Part shown: piece after piece, positions 63,286-64,000 of the stretch
How the letters are laid out: each line of letters starts with the position of its first letter
Position numbering within the stretch: the first letter of the stretch is position 1
Source of the DNA: Limisphaerales bacterium
GTDB lineage: Bacteria; Verrucomicrobiota; Verrucomicrobiia; Limisphaerales; SIBE01
Length of the DNA: 64,000 bases
Assembly: GCA_044225505.1 (NCBI GenBank)
Contig: JBGAIN010000010.1
Span: forward strand, 1 to 64,000
Direction of reading: 5' to 3'
Made by a program: the position numbers and the translations under genes
Notes under the pieces: model-generated
What the model saw: only the letters and a program-made list of their open reading frames with translations
Told to the model about the DNA's origin: nothing
Databases searched by the model: none

Positions 63286-64000
63286 CACAGACTTTCTCCT
63301 GGCCATTGAGGAATTGACCGTGTCGTTCGATGGGTTTCGCGCGGTGGACAATCTCAATCTTTATCTGAGCGCGGATGAATTGCGGGTTATAATCGGTCCG
63401 AATGGCGCCGGCAAAACGACGGTCCTGGACATGATCTGCGGCAAGACCCGTCCCACGGGAGGAAGCATCAAATTCAAGAACCGTGAACTGGTAGGGATGG
63501 CGGAACATCAAATCGTGCGGGCGGGCGTGGGGCGTAAGTTTCAAACTCCCTCAATTTACGAGAATCTCACGGTTTTCGAAAACCTCGAGGTCTCATTTCC
63601 GAAGGGGCGCTCGGTATTTGGGTGCTTGGCCTTTCGGCGAAACGCGGAAGTGGTGGATCGGATTCACAAGGTGGCCGAGGAGACGTTTCTGGCCGATTAC
63701 CTGGATGTCGAAGGGGCCTTTCTAAGCCATGGACAGAAGCAATGGTTGGAAATCGCCATGCTCCTGATGCAAGAACCCGAGTTGCTCATGCTCGACGAGC
63801 CGGTGGCCGGCATGAGTCCCTCCGAGCGAGATCAAACGGCGGAGCTGCTGCAACGCATCTGCAAAGGACGATCGATCATCATCATTGAGCACGACATGGA
63901 ATTTGTGTCGCGCATCGCTCACAAAGTCACCGTCTTGCACCTCGGCAAAATCCTCGCCGAAGGGAGCATGGAGGAGATTCATCATCATCCCAAAGTGATC
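63275..64000 (+). CDS. urtD: Urea ABC transporter ATP-binding protein (3' truncated by window)
   Basis: ATG 63275: MSSNTDFLLAIEELTVSFDGF..IIGPNGAGKTT..LSHGQKQWLEI..LDEPVAGM. Confidence 0.93.
   Translation, partial: MSSNTDFLLAIEELTVSFDGFRAVDNLNLYLSADELRVIIGPNGAGKTTVLDMICGKTRPTGGSIKFKNRELVGMAEHQIVRAGVGRKFQTPSIYENLTVFENLEVSFPKGRSVFGCLAFRRNAEVVDRIHKVAEETFLADYLDVEGAFLSHGQKQWLEIAMLLMQEPELLMLDEPVAGMSPSERDQTAELLQRICKGRSIIIIEHDMEFVSRIAHKVTVLHLGKILAEGSMEEIHHHPKVI

Overview
A GC-rich (roughly 60% by eye) bacterial chromosomal segment. Gene content and style suggest Verrucomicrobiota (Pedosphaera/Limisphaera-like); this is inference. From left to right it holds: a complete F-type ATP synthase operon (atpBEFHAGDC), tsaD, and a dnaK-groES-groEL operon with a sigma54-type promoter and no CIRCE. 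Next come a two-gene IS4-like element with a duplicated left end, an orphan TIGR02999-type ECF sigma factor and a GH127. A ~18 kb co-directional block follows, with a YtrA-like GntR regulator, ABC components, a large secreted beta-propeller protein and a minimal type IV filament set (short GspE, two GspF, three pilin-like proteins, no secretin in the window). After that is an indel-riddled ~2.7 kb tract with an ISAs1 remnant (real decay or assembly error), then glycosylation genes, a Ser/Thr kinase-WD40 protein, an HDOD-GspB-like fusion, secreted hydrolases, and a LysR gene divergent from a sigma54-type urea ABC operon (urtABCD). The best candidates for undescribed biology are the GntR/ABC/beta-propeller/mini-pilus system and two intergenic palindromic arrays built from 11-bp units. 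No rRNA, tRNA or CRISPR array was seen. All product calls come from motif recognition, not database searches.
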